A DNA stretch of 64,000 bases from Candidatus Woesearchaeota archaeon (GCA_018696595.1 JABHQW010000003.1:128001-192000), one strand, 5' to 3'. Positions 18,046-28,841 are shown, counted from the first letter of the stretch. Program-made: numbers and translations. Notes: generated by a model not told the origin, from the sequence alone.

Positions 18046-19182
18046 TTAATTTAGAAAATCTACTTCAATCTCTAACTGGTCCGCAGTAGGATACTCAGTT
18101 ACAATCGCAGGTACTAAACCCAGATTAATTATTTTTGTTTTATTCTTCTTCACAACTTTCTTAGAAACTAAGATTCTTGGTTTAGATTTATCTAAAAATA
18201 TTTCATTATCCTCTAATTTTAATTTTTTCTGAACAGAAGCAAACAATTCTTTTAATTTAGAAACAACAACAGAATTATCTTCCTTCAACATTTCTCGATA
18301 ATTAAAACCAGGCTTTAACTCTGAGAAATATAAAGCTCCCCTAACAAGAAGTCCTTCTTCATCAACAATATCAAAATCTTTCTTAGCTCCTTTAGCTTCA
18401 TTCTTAATTCTGTTAGCTAATTGAACTGCATCTTTTAATTTAGCTGTACACAAATGAAGATTAAAATCAGGATATTTATTAGATACATAGTCTAATAAAT
18501 CAAGACCTATATCCATAGAACCAAGAATAGCATAACTCATTTGATCTTTAACTTTAAATCCCATATCTAACAATTTAGAACAACTATTATCGGCAACCTC
18601 TAATTCGTTAAAATTCAAAAAGTCAACTTTACCTTGAATATAATCAACAATTGCTTTAGTTTCTTTTTCTTTACCTGGTATTAAAGGAATCTCTACACCC
18701 ATATCCCAAGGGAATTTTCTAGCAATTTCTAAACGATTCCAGAATTGGTTTGATTCTAAATCTAAATGAAACCTAATTTCATCTAAACCAGCCATGAATA
18801 ATTTTTGTAAAGCATCATCATTAACTAATCTTAACGAAGTGTATAAATGAATGTGAAACTCTTTGCCAAATTCTTTTTTCAGTTTCATAATTGAACGTAC
18901 AGTTCGATCCAATTTTGATAAAGGATCTCCGCCAGTAATTCCAGCACCTTTAGCGTTCATTAATTTTGCTTCTTTAACAACATCATCAGAACAAAAAACT
19001 CTTCGTTCATTTGCAAAAGTAATATCCTTGCCCCATTTCTCATCAGAAACTGGACAGAAATAACATTTCCGAGGACAGATCCCAGTAACAAATAAAACTA
19101 ACTTCTCTCCTTTAACACAATAACGACAGCCTCGCGGCAAACTATTTAAGTTGTATGAATAATATTTGTTTTCTTTTATCAT
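18046..19182 (-). CDS. Archaeal radical SAM protein (COG2108-like)
   Basis: GCRYCVKGEKLVLFVTGICPRKCYFCP (CxxxCxxC), GAGITGGDP, HIHLYT, GLDEIRFH. Confidence 0.9.
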   Translation of the reverse strand: MIKENKYYSYNLNSLPRGCRYCVKGEKLVLFVTGICPRKCYFCPVSDEKWGKDITFANERRVFCSDDVVKEAKLMNAKGAGITGGDPLSKLDRTVRSIMKLKKEFGKEFHIHLYTSLRLVNDDALQKLFMAGLDEIRFHLDLESNQFWNRLEIARKFPWDMGVEIPLIPGKEKETKAIVDYIQGKVDFLNFNELEVADNSCSKLLDMGFKVKDQMSYAILGSMDIGLDLLDYVSNKYPDFNLHLCTAKLKDAVQLANRIKNEAKGAKKDFDIVDEEGLLVRGALYFSELKPGFNYREMLKEDNSVVVSKLKELFASVQKKLKLEDNEIFLDKSKPRILVSKKVVKKNKTKIINLGLVPAIVTEYPTADQLEIEVDFLN

Positions 19183-19203
19183 GAGCTACCTCAGTTTTAA
19201 TAG

Positions 19204-20727
19204 TTATTCTTCAGGACCGTGAAAAGGAGATTCTCTGGTGATGTGGGCCGTAGGAGTATTTCCATTGATCTGATCTAAAGCATAACCCAAAACTATATCT
19301 CCTCCTCTCTGTGGACTGTAAAGTTTAAGTTCCTTCAACAGATTACCCAAAGCATAAAATGATTGTCGCACAGCGGCAGTTTGATCAAGCGATTCGGTCC
19401 AATCTATAGTGCCTCCAACAGTTCGAAATAATCCGCCTGACACTCTTAACATCTCTGGAGCAAATCTTGTCCCTCGATGTCGTGTATCGGCGACAGGATC
19501 ATAACGATTAAAAGATGCTGCCAACTGTATAATTTTATCAATTTGATCGGTTAAAACAGAAAAGTGTCTACGACAATACTCAGATTTATTTCCTTCCAGA
19601 ACATTGTACTGAACAAATTCTTTAAGAGCACCATTCTTAAGAATCTTAATATGATCTGCCAAATCAGGATCTTGTCTTGCCCAAGCATGAGTTAAAGCGT
19701 GATATCGATGTAAATAAAATCCTAAGTTCGGGCTATCAGAGATAGGATTACTACCAAGGCCTGAAACTCCAACCAAAACACAATAACTAGCAATATCTCT
19801 GGTATCAGAACTCATACCAAAATCAACAAAATCAACAAAATTAAGATCAGAACCACTGTCTTTATCAACATCAATTTCGCCAGAAATAATTTTATTAATT
19901 GTATCAGAATCCGAAACTAGGTTTAATGAATTACAATCTCCATGTTGGAGTGCTTCAACAAAAAGTCCGGAACATTCTCTTAAATCCATTATTTCAGAAA
20001 CCCTCTCTCTAAGATCTATGCCAAACCTTTCTTGGATGTGTTTTCTTACATTCTCAGAATCATAACGGCCATCTCCTTGACGTCGGCAATCTTTGTTAAC
20101 ATTAAAATAAATTCTAGACAAGTGTTCAGTAAATAAGTATTCATCTACTCGCCGATCCTTAGTAATCATTCTAGGATGTTCAGAAACCATCTGGTCTTTT
20201 ATATGTCCACAAAAACCAGCAAATTTAGCTACAGCATCCAAACCATATTTAAAAACTTCTTCAACAGCATTGGGAAATTCCCCTTTATTCTTAGCAGCTT
20301 CACGAACCGCCCTCTTAAGATTTAAAGAACCTAAATCCGAAGTGGATAAAGCAGGATGTGCACAATAATGAGTGCCCACTAAATTTGGCAACATATCAGC
20401 ACCTAAATTTCGAAAAATATTAGGAAGTGTATCTAAAACTTCCACTTCTTTTGGATGAGTGACTCCCGGCTGATGAGCTAAATCATAATAATGATCCCCT
20501 GTATGAACCGGAAGAAATACCTTTATAACAACAGATTCTGTTTCTTCAGCCTGAATATCATCATTTGTAGAAGTAGGATTAATTAAATGAACACGATAAA
20601 GATTAGCATGGCTGCTTCCCCAACGATTAACAATTTCAAAACGTTCAAAGTCTGAATAAGTATCTGCAACTGAGGATCTTATAACTTCTTCATCTAATGT
20701 TTTATTAGGGGACGCATTAGCTACCAT
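19204..20727 (-). CDS. Protein-kinase-like (APH/choline kinase-type) phosphotransferase
   Basis: VVIKVF (beta3 Lys), KEVEVL (alphaC Glu), LQHGDCNSLNL (catalytic loop), VDFG; start moved to ATG 20727 because the TATA box abuts 20751. Confidence 0.7.
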   Translation of the reverse strand: MVANASPNKTLDEEVIRSSVADTYSDFERFEIVNRWGSSHANLYRVHLINPTSTNDDIQAEETESVVIKVFLPVHTGDHYYDLAHQPGVTHPKEVEVLDTLPNIFRNLGADMLPNLVGTHYCAHPALSTSDLGSLNLKRAVREAAKNKGEFPNAVEEVFKYGLDAVAKFAGFCGHIKDQMVSEHPRMITKDRRVDEYLFTEHLSRIYFNVNKDCRRQGDGRYDSENVRKHIQERFGIDLRERVSEIMDLRECSGLFVEALQHGDCNSLNLVSDSDTINKIISGEIDVDKDSGSDLNFVDFVDFGMSSDTRDIASYCVLVGVSGLGSNPISDSPNLGFYLHRYHALTHAWARQDPDLADHIKILKNGALKEFVQYNVLEGNKSEYCRRHFSVLTDQIDKIIQLAASFNRYDPVADTRHRGTRFAPEMLRVSGGLFRTVGGTIDWTESLDQTAAVRQSFYALGNLLKELKLYSPQRGGDIVLGYALDQINGNTPTAHITRESPFHGPEE

Positions 20728-20779
20728 TAAAAGAAAATATCTATACTCCATATATAAATGTTTCTAACCAGTTCACTAT

Positions 20780-21742
20780 TCAGTAATAGTTACCAGTGGT
20801 ATAAATTACTCGCCCCAGACTATGGATATAACCAATTAACCGCCTTAATCGGCTCATGGCGCTACTAAAATTCTCTTGAGCAAGGTATTTCTTTTCAATT
20901 TCATCAATTTCTAGATTAAACAATTTTTTACGGTTAGAGATATTTAACGCTAATTCAGCATCTTTATTATATGCCGCCTTTATAGTTTCAAGATAAAATT
21001 GTTTGATTTGTTTCATTAATTCTTCAATCCTTGACTTTTCTGCTACAGATATTTTTAAAGTTCGTAAAAAACGAGCACTTCTTCTAGCTTCATCTGCTAT
21101 TCCTTCAATGTAAAAAGATTTAGAGTAATAATACATTAAATCTATAGGAGTTAATTTAAACCGTTTAAGTGCATTTGCTGGTTTATCTAAGTTAAATAGA
21201 ATTGCCCGGTAAATCAAAAAGTATAATCGGTTTACATCCTTATCACGTTCATTAGTACTTTCATAATTATCTTCTTTAAATATCTTACAACATTCATCAA
21301 TCATTGTTCTGGTAACAATATCCATTTTGCGTAATAGTTCTTCTACAGATACTTTTTCCATATTTAGAAAATCTTTAGCCACTATAGAATCAGAAGTTTG
21401 CTCCATGATTTCTAAAGCAATTAAATTCTGAACCATACTTTGAAGTTCTTTTATTTTGTTTTTTATTTCCTTCCCCTTAAGAACGATAGTTCTAATATTT
21501 TGAATATAAGCAGAATTTACCTCTCTTACAATCATTTCCCATTTTTTCCCATCAATATCAATATTAATACTTCTTTCTTCATTTGTTTTTGCAAAATCAT
21601 GATTTGACAATAATAGATTTGGCCCACTTTCTTCAATATAAATCAAGTCGCCTTTTTTTAGTTTATTATGAGTAATCCAAGTTTTAGGTAAAGAGATGAT
21701 AAAACTACTTTTACCAAATGATATTAATTTTCTATAATCCAT
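20780..21742 (-). CDS. phoU: Archaeal phosphate-uptake regulator (AbrB-type N-terminus + PhoU domains)
   Basis: RKLISFGKSSFIISLPKTW (AbrB/SpoVT), ERDKDVNRLY, IEGIADEA. Confidence 0.85.
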   Translation of the reverse strand: MDYRKLISFGKSSFIISLPKTWITHNKLKKGDLIYIEESGPNLLLSNHDFAKTNEERSINIDIDGKKWEMIVREVNSAYIQNIRTIVLKGKEIKNKIKELQSMVQNLIALEIMEQTSDSIVAKDFLNMEKVSVEELLRKMDIVTRTMIDECCKIFKEDNYESTNERDKDVNRLYFLIYRAILFNLDKPANALKRFKLTPIDLMYYYSKSFYIEGIADEARRSARFLRTLKISVAEKSRIEELMKQIKQFYLETIKAAYNKDAELALNISNRKKLFNLEIDEIEKKYLAQENFSSAMSRLRRLIGYIHSLGRVIYTTGNYY

Positions 21743-21764
21743 TTTAATCCCTCGAAATTTTTAA

Positions 21765-21815
21765 TTAGTCACCTAAAATGGGTCTAAAAAATCTGTTGAT
21801 TTTTGCTTGATCCAT
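21765..21815 (-). CDS. Putative 16-aa leader peptide/uORF MDQAKINRFFRPILGD upstream of phoU-like gene
   Basis: GGAGGAATTAAAATG context; TAA at 21767-21765, 22 nt before the phoU ATG. Confidence 0.5.
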   Translation of the reverse strand: MDQAKINRFFRPILGD

Positions 21816-21862
21816 TTTAATTCCTCCCATGCATACAGGAAAAATTAAGAAGACATTATGCT

Positions 21863-21910
21863 TCTTATTCCACCCCTGAAATGCATATACCCGCTATATA
21901 GCATTTAGGG
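21863..21910. promoter_or_regulatory. Imperfect inverted repeat in divergent promoter region
   Basis: CCCTgAAATGCaTATA ... TATAGCATTTAGGG. Confidence 0.5.
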
Positions 21911-21984
21911 AAGGTATTTATATTTAAATGTTATGTAAGAAATATAGCTAACTTAGTGTTTAGTAAACCAAAGGGGTGGCCAAA

Positions 21985-22206
21985 ATGTTTGATCCAGTTA
22001 AACAAAAGCATGAATCGTTAGTAATGAAAGAAGGTGTTTATTCGAAAAAAGTACGAGCAAAGTTTGTTGAAGACGATATTCTTAACAGTGAAGAAGAAGC
22101 TTTCATGGAAGGATATGACATTGACGAATTTATGGATGACTATGATGAGTTAGACGAAGAGGAATTCTCATCTAAAAGCGGAGAGTTCCCTGAAAAGGTG
22201 TACTAA
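21985..22206 (+). CDS. Small acidic hypothetical protein
   Basis: GGGGTG SD then ATG 21985; EDDILNSEEEAFMEGY. Confidence 0.7.
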   Translation: MFDPVKQKHESLVMKEGVYSKKVRAKFVEDDILNSEEEAFMEGYDIDEFMDDYDELDEEEFSSKSGEFPEKVY

Positions 22207-22209
22207 GAG

Positions 22210-22407
22210 ATGTCATTAAAAAAAGTATTGGGCCTAGATGCATTTTCCTTAACGGATTCAGAGATTATGACTAAGATAGCTGAAGCTAAACGCAATAATA
22301 TTAATATTATCGAATTCTCTAATGACAATAAAAAAGTAAGAATTAATATTGGCAAAGTTGCTTCTGTGGGAATGATGACTGGCTGGTACGATTACTGGGA
22401 CGGTTAA
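22210..22407 (+). CDS. Small hypothetical protein
   Basis: 65-aa ORF 3 nt after the previous stop, so likely co-transcribed. Confidence 0.6.
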   Translation: MSLKKVLGLDAFSLTDSEIMTKIAEAKRNNINIIEFSNDNKKVRINIGKVASVGMMTGWYDYWDG

Positions 22408-22434
22408 AAAGAACTTTTTTTATTATCATTAAAA

Positions 22435-23610
22435 TTACTTTAACTTCTTACGTTTTTTTCTAATAAAAAAAAAGGTCCTTAAAAAAATTAGAATAACTAT
22501 TAAAATGATTACTGCAAAAGTAATCCAATTATTTAATCCTCTTTGATTAATTTTATTTAATATTGATTTACTATCAGTTTTAATTCGATAATCACCATAA
22601 TTCCCATTAGAATAGAATTTAAAAGTTATTTCTCTCCAATAATTTTTATTATCTTCTGGACAATTTAAAGTAAATAAAACATCCCAACTACCATCTTTTA
22701 ATAAAGTAAACTTAGGAGTACTAGAAAAATCAGAATATAATTCACAACCAAGATTATGTTTTGGAATTAGTTCATTTGATACAAGTTCCAAAACTTGATT
22801 AATTTCTGGATAATTTTCCCATTGCAAAGTGTAATCTAATTTGTGTTGAGTTATCTCAGAATCAGTAAATGTCAATTCACTACGACAAGTAAAGCAATCT
22901 CTATTTTCATATAATTTAATTTGGTTCCGATTTACTTCAATCTTACTGATTCCAACTTTTTCTTCAAACTCCACTATCTTAGGAAAATCAAACATCTGAG
23001 GTGAAAACAATTCTTTTTTTTCTAGCAAACCGGGAGTAATTAAAACAATTTTACGAAGATCTCCAGAATCTAACAAATAAACTAAAGAATCTTCTTGGAA
23101 ACCGTAAGTTTTTGACTTGACTTTTTGTTCCTTGTTGGTTAATCGAATAGATTTTTCAGAAGGGATATTCATTCCAATAATCAAGCCATCAATTGTTGCT
23201 TCGTTAGCATTTGTAACACTTAGAAAAAAACTAATTCTTTCATCATTTTCAAATTTTTTTATTTGGTTAGGAAAATCATTAAAAAAATTTATAATTTTAG
23301 TTTCATCAACTAAAATTCCTTCCTGAAAGATATGATTAATTGTGGTTTTATAACTTAATCCAATTGTAGATAAATCAGGTGAAGAAGAATAACTGACCAT
23401 AATTCTCACTTCATTATTAACCATACAATCATTAACTTTCATAGTCGTAATTTCCCAATTTGAAAAATCATTAACATCACTAAAAGTTTCAATTATTTTT
23501 TCATAATAACTGGAACTCTGTTCTAATGGTTCACATGGAATTGTTGGTTGGGAAGCAATTACCATTGTAGAAAAAAGAATAATACTAAAAAGAACTATCA
23601 AGGGCCTCAT
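22435..23610 (-). CDS. Secreted protein with C-terminal TM anchor and basic tail
   Basis: Signal peptide from ATG 23610 (MRPLIVLFSIILFSTMVIAS); C-terminal WITFAVIILIVILIFL-RTFFFIRKKRKKLK. Confidence 0.7.
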   Translation of the reverse strand: MRPLIVLFSIILFSTMVIASQPTIPCEPLEQSSSYYEKIIETFSDVNDFSNWEITTMKVNDCMVNNEVRIMVSYSSSPDLSTIGLSYKTTINHIFQEGILVDETKIINFFNDFPNQIKKFENDERISFFLSVTNANEATIDGLIIGMNIPSEKSIRLTNKEQKVKSKTYGFQEDSLVYLLDSGDLRKIVLITPGLLEKKELFSPQMFDFPKIVEFEEKVGISKIEVNRNQIKLYENRDCFTCRSELTFTDSEITQHKLDYTLQWENYPEINQVLELVSNELIPKHNLGCELYSDFSSTPKFTLLKDGSWDVLFTLNCPEDNKNYWREITFKFYSNGNYGDYRIKTDSKSILNKINQRGLNNWITFAVIILIVILIFLRTFFFIRKKRKKLK

Positions 23611-23738
23611 GATTAAAGTTAATTTCTTTTTCTTTATAAAATTTATTAAAACTTTAAACTCAATTAGAGTTAAACCCATTAACAAGATAGTTATTATACC
23701 CAAAACATATTTAAACTCAAACTTTTTCTTTAATAGAG

Positions 23739-24677
23739 ATGTATCTAAAAAGAGGGGCTAAAAGAACTTTTCAAGTAATTAGAAAAAATAAATTATTATT
23801 CATGAGTCTAATTATATTACAGATTATATTCATTGGAACGATGGCATATACTGGGTATAGCTATCAAATAAAAATATTAGAAAGTGCTAAAGGAGTCATG
23901 GATCCATTAGAAGATGCTAACTATGATCCTGAGAATATTAAAGCAGGCGGAGAATTTACGGGAGATGCATTAGCAATTTATAGAAGTTACAAAGATATGC
24001 GAACTAACGTTCTAAATATGGTCGCTTGGATGTTGGGAATATTTGTTATTATTAATGGTTTGTTATGGGCAATCACACATAGAATGTTTAAAAAAGTTAA
24101 CTTAAAAAGTTTTGGAAATCAATTATTGAAATTTTTTGTTTCTTCTTTAGTTTTCTTAGTTCCGTATATAATAATTAGTTATTCTTTACTTAAAGGTTTA
24201 TTAAAAGCAGATATGGCAATTGAAGCTGTTTCTTCTGCAGTACGAATCGTAACTTATACCTTTATGGCCTTCTATTACTTTATGATTGTTGCACTTGCAT
24301 TCATTGATGTTAAGTCCTGGAAAGAGTTTGTTAAGGTTTGGGTAAAAGTTGGAATTAAGAATTTCCCAAAAGCATTAATGTTCTTTTTATTTTGGCCATT
24401 TATATTAATTGTGTTATTAATTGCAACATTATACAAACATATTGCCAAGAAAACAGAGTCTAAATATCAGAAAGTTTATAACTTTTTAATTTCCTTAATT
24501 AACACACCATCAACAGTTTTGTTAATTAATTTAATGCTATTTTCAGCAAGTATCTATTTTTTATCTATAAATGTTGACGAAACTACTTTTGGTTTAATGA
24601 TTCTATTTTCAGTAATTTTAGTAATCGTTGTAGTCTTAACTAGAATATTCTGGATTGCTAGTTTGAAAGAGATATAG
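23739..24677 (+). CDS. Multi-pass membrane protein
   Basis: About 7 hydrophobic helices; layout resembles 35453..36271. Confidence 0.75.
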   Translation: MYLKRGAKRTFQVIRKNKLLFMSLIILQIIFIGTMAYTGYSYQIKILESAKGVMDPLEDANYDPENIKAGGEFTGDALAIYRSYKDMRTNVLNMVAWMLGIFVIINGLLWAITHRMFKKVNLKSFGNQLLKFFVSSLVFLVPYIIISYSLLKGLLKADMAIEAVSSAVRIVTYTFMAFYYFMIVALAFIDVKSWKEFVKVWVKVGIKNFPKALMFFLFWPFILIVLLIATLYKHIAKKTESKYQKVYNFLISLINTPSTVLLINLMLFSASIYFLSINVDETTFGLMILFSVILVIVVVLTRIFWIASLKEI

Positions 24678-24713
24678 AAAAAGATTATAAACCCTTAAAC
24701 AATTCTTAATTCA

Positions 24714-25085
24714 ATGAAAAATATAATCTTAGATACAAATGCTTTAATGGCAATTGCTGAGTTTAAAATAGATTTATTTTCAGAATTAGAAAGTGTTTGT
24801 GATTTCACCTATGAGATCTTCATTTTATCTGGAACCATTAAAGAATTGAAAAAAATTATGGAAGAACAACGTGGAAAATATAAAGCAGCAGCTAAACTTG
24901 CTTTAGGGATTATTCGCGTTAAAGGAATTAAACAAATTGAATCTACTGGTTATGTTGATGATGTTTTAGTAGATTATTCTAAGAAAGACTATTTAATTCT
25001 TACACAAGATGCTGCTTTGAAGAAAAGATTAGCTAAGCCGTATTTAACTATTAGACAAAAGAAAAGGATTATTATTGTTAAATAA
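24714..25085 (+). CDS. PIN-domain nuclease (Fcf1/Utp24-like archaeal family)
   Basis: IILDTNAL, EL, VDD, LTQDAALKKR, YLTIRQKK. Confidence 0.88.
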   Translation: MKNIILDTNALMAIAEFKIDLFSELESVCDFTYEIFILSGTIKELKKIMEEQRGKYKAAAKLALGIIRVKGIKQIESTGYVDDVLVDYSKKDYLILTQDAALKKRLAKPYLTIRQKKRIIIVK

Positions 25086-25123
25086 ACAAAAATATTATAA
25101 AAAAATCTCATTCTGAAAATTAA

Positions 25124-26101
25124 ATGCCTGAACTAATAGATCAAGAACTTTTATTACGCTACCGAACAGGAACCTTAACCCAGCTAGTTAATCCAGAAGG
25201 AAAAGTTGATTTAAGTAAAACTATTAAAGAAAACTGCACAGGCCAATCAAGACTTTTAGTTCAGGTTTTAAGAAGCGTTCTAGGACCAAACTGCCAAGTA
25301 GATAACTATGAATATGCTTATCCTACAGAAGAAACTCAACCCTTTGTAGATAGGTTATATCACTTACTTTTATCTGAATTTGATTTTGCTGCTTTAGCTG
25401 GAGAAATTTGTATTGACAATTATAACATTAGAAGAAAAGAAACTCACCTTTGTTTCTATTTAGCTAATCAAGACTTAATGGCAGACCAAACAATAGTTTC
25501 TTTAATTGAAGGTACAAAATTTAACCAAGACCCGTTATTCATAACTCGACAAAGTGCCCCAGATCCAGATATTGAAGTAGCAAAATTATTGGATAAAAAG
25601 GAGATTAATGTTTTAGACGCAGGAATTGGCCAATCAACAGCAATCAACGGAGTTAGGTCTAGATTAAAAAAATTAGATAAAACTGTTAATACTTACGGAA
25701 TAAACTTAATGACAATGCCAGAAGTTACTGAACTTTCAGAACCTTGTTTTGTTGGAACTTTTGAAGATTATCCTTTTCCAGTTGGATTTGACTTAATTTA
25801 TTCCCATATTAGTAGTGCTTATTATACACCTAATATTGAAAAGTATGTAAAGAAATTAGTCTCCAGCCTTAATGAAGAAGGGGTTGCAATGCTAGAAATA
25901 ACAAATCCCCAAGAGTGGGAAAGAGTTTTATCAAAATTAAATGTTGAACATGAATTTTTAATGTCAATCCCTTTTACTGAAGCCTATAAATATGTCCATG
26001 GAAAGGAATCCTCATTTCATAAATATAAACCTGGCAGAATAGATGTTCAATTAAATGGAATTGATTGTTATCAGATTGAAGGTGTGTTGATAAAAAGGTA
26101 A
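25124..26101 (+). CDS. Orphan protein with C-terminal class I SAM methyltransferase-like domain
   Basis: VLDAGIGQS, FDLIYS, LNEEGVA; unique N-terminal half. Confidence 0.65.
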   Translation: MPELIDQELLLRYRTGTLTQLVNPEGKVDLSKTIKENCTGQSRLLVQVLRSVLGPNCQVDNYEYAYPTEETQPFVDRLYHLLLSEFDFAALAGEICIDNYNIRRKETHLCFYLANQDLMADQTIVSLIEGTKFNQDPLFITRQSAPDPDIEVAKLLDKKEINVLDAGIGQSTAINGVRSRLKKLDKTVNTYGINLMTMPEVTELSEPCFVGTFEDYPFPVGFDLIYSHISSAYYTPNIEKYVKKLVSSLNEEGVAMLEITNPQEWERVLSKLNVEHEFLMSIPFTEAYKYVHGKESSFHKYKPGRIDVQLNGIDCYQIEGVLIKR

Positions 26102-26186
26102 TATACCTACTCGAGAATAATAAACTTTTTAAATGAATTCTAATCAAAGTATATAAATCATAATATATGATGGGGTGGAAAATTAA

Positions 26187-28187
26187 ATGATAGGAATAAT
26201 TGCTATAATTGTTAGTTTAATTGCTTTAGCTTACGCTGGATATCTTTCTATGAAAATCATGAAGATAAAACCAGGTACAGAGAAAATGCAAGAAATTGCT
26301 AATGCTATTAAAGAGGGAGCAATGGCTTACATGGCTCGACAATACAAAACTATTGCTATATTTGCAATAATTATCACAATTTTACTTTTCTGGCTATTTA
26401 ACATACCAATAGCTACAGGATTCTTATTTGGAGCGATCCTTTCAGGAATTTCTGGTTACATTGGAATGTCTATAGCTGTAAGAGCTAATGTTAGAACTGC
26501 ACAAACTGCTAAAAAAGGAATTAAAGAAGCATTAAGTGTTGCTTTCCAAGGTGGAGCAGTTACAGGAATGGCAGTTGTAGGTTTAGCTTTATTTGCAATC
26601 AGTGTATTTTATACTATTTTCAAAGATCCAGCAATGTTGGTTGGACTTGGTTTTGGAGCTTCTTTAATTAGTTTGTTCGCTAGAGTTGGTGGCGGAATTT
26701 ATACTAAAGCTGCTGACGTTGGAGCAGATTTAGTTGGAAAAATTGAAGCAGGCATCCCTGAAGACGATCCTCGAAACCCAGCAGTTATCGCTGATAATGT
26801 TGGAGATAATGTTGGAGATTGTGCGGGAATGGGTGCTGACTTATACGAAACTTATGTAGTTACAATTTTGGCAGCAATGCTATTAGCAATGATTCCATCA
26901 GTATCACAAATGTATAACATGACAATTGAATTGCCTTTAATGTTTGGTTCTGTAGCAATTGTTGGTTCAATTGTAGGAACATGGTTTGTTCGTTTAGGAA
27001 AATCAGGAAACATTATGGGGGCTTTGTATAAAGGATTAATTGCCTCAGGTGTACTTTCAGCAATTGGTTTCTATTTAATCATCTACTTTACTAATAACCC
27101 ATTAAATTTGTTTTTAGCAGCTGTTGTAGGTTTAGTTATCACCATCTTAATCAATGTGATTACTGAATATTACACCAGTACTAAATATAGACCAGTTAAA
27201 GCAGTTGCAGAAGCTTCCCTTACAGGAGCAGGTACAAACTTGATTAGAGGATTAGCAATTGGTTTAGAATCAACAATCCTTCCAGTATTAGTTATCTGTG
27301 GTGGAATTATTGCAGCTTACATGTTAGCAGGAGTTTACGGAATTGCAATCGCAGCAGTGTCAATGCTTTCATTAACTGGAATTATTATTGCTATGGACAC
27401 TTACGGACCAATTACAGACAATGCTGGAGGAATCGCAGAAATGGCTGGATTAGATAAGAAAGTTAGAAAGAACACTGACGCTTTAGATGCTGTTGGTAAT
27501 ACTACTAAAGCTGTTACTAAAGGTTATGCTGTTGGTTCAGCTGCACTTGGTGCTTTAGCTTTGTTCGTTGCATTTACTCAAGAAATTAAGCATGTAATTA
27601 ATGTACCAGTAAGTTTCTTGTTAACTAATCCCGCAGTTGTTGTAGGATTATTTATCGGAGCTTTGTTACCGTTTGCTTTTTCAGCAGTGTTAATGACAGC
27701 AGTAGGAACATCTGCACACGCAATCGTTGTGGAAGTAAGAAGACAATTCAAAGAAATTAAAGGTATCATGACTGGTAAAGGAAAACCAAATTATGCTAAG
27801 TGTGTTGATATTGTTACAAAGGCAGCTTTGCGTAACATGATCTTACCGGCAGTAATTGCAATCGCTGCCCCTCTTGCAGTAGGAATGATATTAGGAATCA
27901 AAGCATTAGGTGGATTATTAATCGGAGTTATTTTATCTGGATTAATGATGGCTCTGTTTATGAGTAACGCTGGAGCAACATGGGATAACGCTAAGAAATA
28001 CATTGAAGATGGCAACCATGGTGGTAAAGGTAAAGATGCACATAAAGCAGCAATTGTTGGTGACACTGTAGGAGATCCATTTAAAGATACTGCAGGACCT
28101 GCATTGAACGCTTTAATCAAAGTAATTAACACGTTTGCAATAGTTTTCGCACCGTTGTTTGTTGCTTATGGGTTGAATCTGTTTTAA
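26187..28187 (+). CDS. hppA: Membrane-bound ion-translocating pyrophosphatase, predicted K+-independent H+-PPase
   Basis: [69 protein letters not shown]. Confidence 0.96.
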   Translation: MIGIIAIIVSLIALAYAGYLSMKIMKIKPGTEKMQEIANAIKEGAMAYMARQYKTIAIFAIIITILLFWLFNIPIATGFLFGAILSGISGYIGMSIAVRANVRTAQTAKKGIKEALSVAFQGGAVTGMAVVGLALFAISVFYTIFKDPAMLVGLGFGASLISLFARVGGGIYTKAADVGADLVGKIEAGIPEDDPRNPAVIADNVGDNVGDCAGMGADLYETYVVTILAAMLLAMIPSVSQMYNMTIELPLMFGSVAIVGSIVGTWFVRLGKSGNIMGALYKGLIASGVLSAIGFYLIIYFTNNPLNLFLAAVVGLVITILINVITEYYTSTKYRPVKAVAEASLTGAGTNLIRGLAIGLESTILPVLVICGGIIAAYMLAGVYGIAIAAVSMLSLTGIIIAMDTYGPITDNAGGIAEMAGLDKKVRKNTDALDAVGNTTKAVTKGYAVGSAALGALALFVAFTQEIKHVINVPVSFLLTNPAVVVGLFIGALLPFAFSAVLMTAVGTSAHAIVVEVRRQFKEIKGIMTGKGKPNYAKCVDIVTKAALRNMILPAVIAIAAPLAVGMILGIKALGGLLIGVILSGLMMALFMSNAGATWDNAKKYIEDGNHGGKGKDAHKAAIVGDTVGDPFKDTAGPALNALIKVINTFAIVFAPLFVAYGLNLF

Positions 28188-28235
28188 TTTTCTTTTTTAA
28201 TTTTTTCATAAAAGTAAAATCATAGTTGAAGGAAA

Positions 28236-28841
28236 ATGACAAACACTGAATCAAAATTAAGAGAAGCTAATGAAAAACACCATCAGTTAAGTTCTGCTTT
28301 TCTGGAATTAGGTTTTTCTATCATTCATATTGATACACTTAAAGAGGATCAAGGAATAGGGTTACCTTATCCACATCAGTTCTTAAGAAAAGACTATCAA
28401 GAAGCCCCAAGCCTTTATTTACGACTAGGTATTCCTTTTAATGCCAAAGTTGAGGAGTTCATGGGAATTGAAGCAGAAGAAAGAGGAGATCCAAAAGTGT
28501 ATGAAACGGCTGGGCCTTTTAACCACGGATTATTACCATTCCTCCAATATTTATCCCATGACCCTCTACTAAAAGGAGTTATCCAAAGAATGGGTTTTGA
28601 ATTTGGAAGTAGTTCCACCAGTAAATTATACATGGGGCCAGAAGAAGAAAAAATGATGATAGAAGGATTTAATCTTTATCCTCAAGAACAGTTTCAAGTA
28701 GGAAGGAGTAGCCATTCTTATGATTATTTAAAGAATGATCCACAACTAATTGTTGTTGGAATATCACAATTGGATCAAATGTTAAAAGAGTATCATAAAA
28801 TTGCAATGATGGTAGATAAGTATAAGCATCATCCTGTTTAG
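28236..28841 (+). CDS. Hypothetical protein (orphan)
   Basis: 201-aa ORF, no recognisable motif. Confidence 0.6.
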   Translation: MTNTESKLREANEKHHQLSSAFLELGFSIIHIDTLKEDQGIGLPYPHQFLRKDYQEAPSLYLRLGIPFNAKVEEFMGIEAEERGDPKVYETAGPFNHGLLPFLQYLSHDPLLKGVIQRMGFEFGSSSTSKLYMGPEEEKMMIEGFNLYPQEQFQVGRSSHSYDYLKNDPQLIVVGISQLDQMLKEYHKIAMMVDKYKHHPV

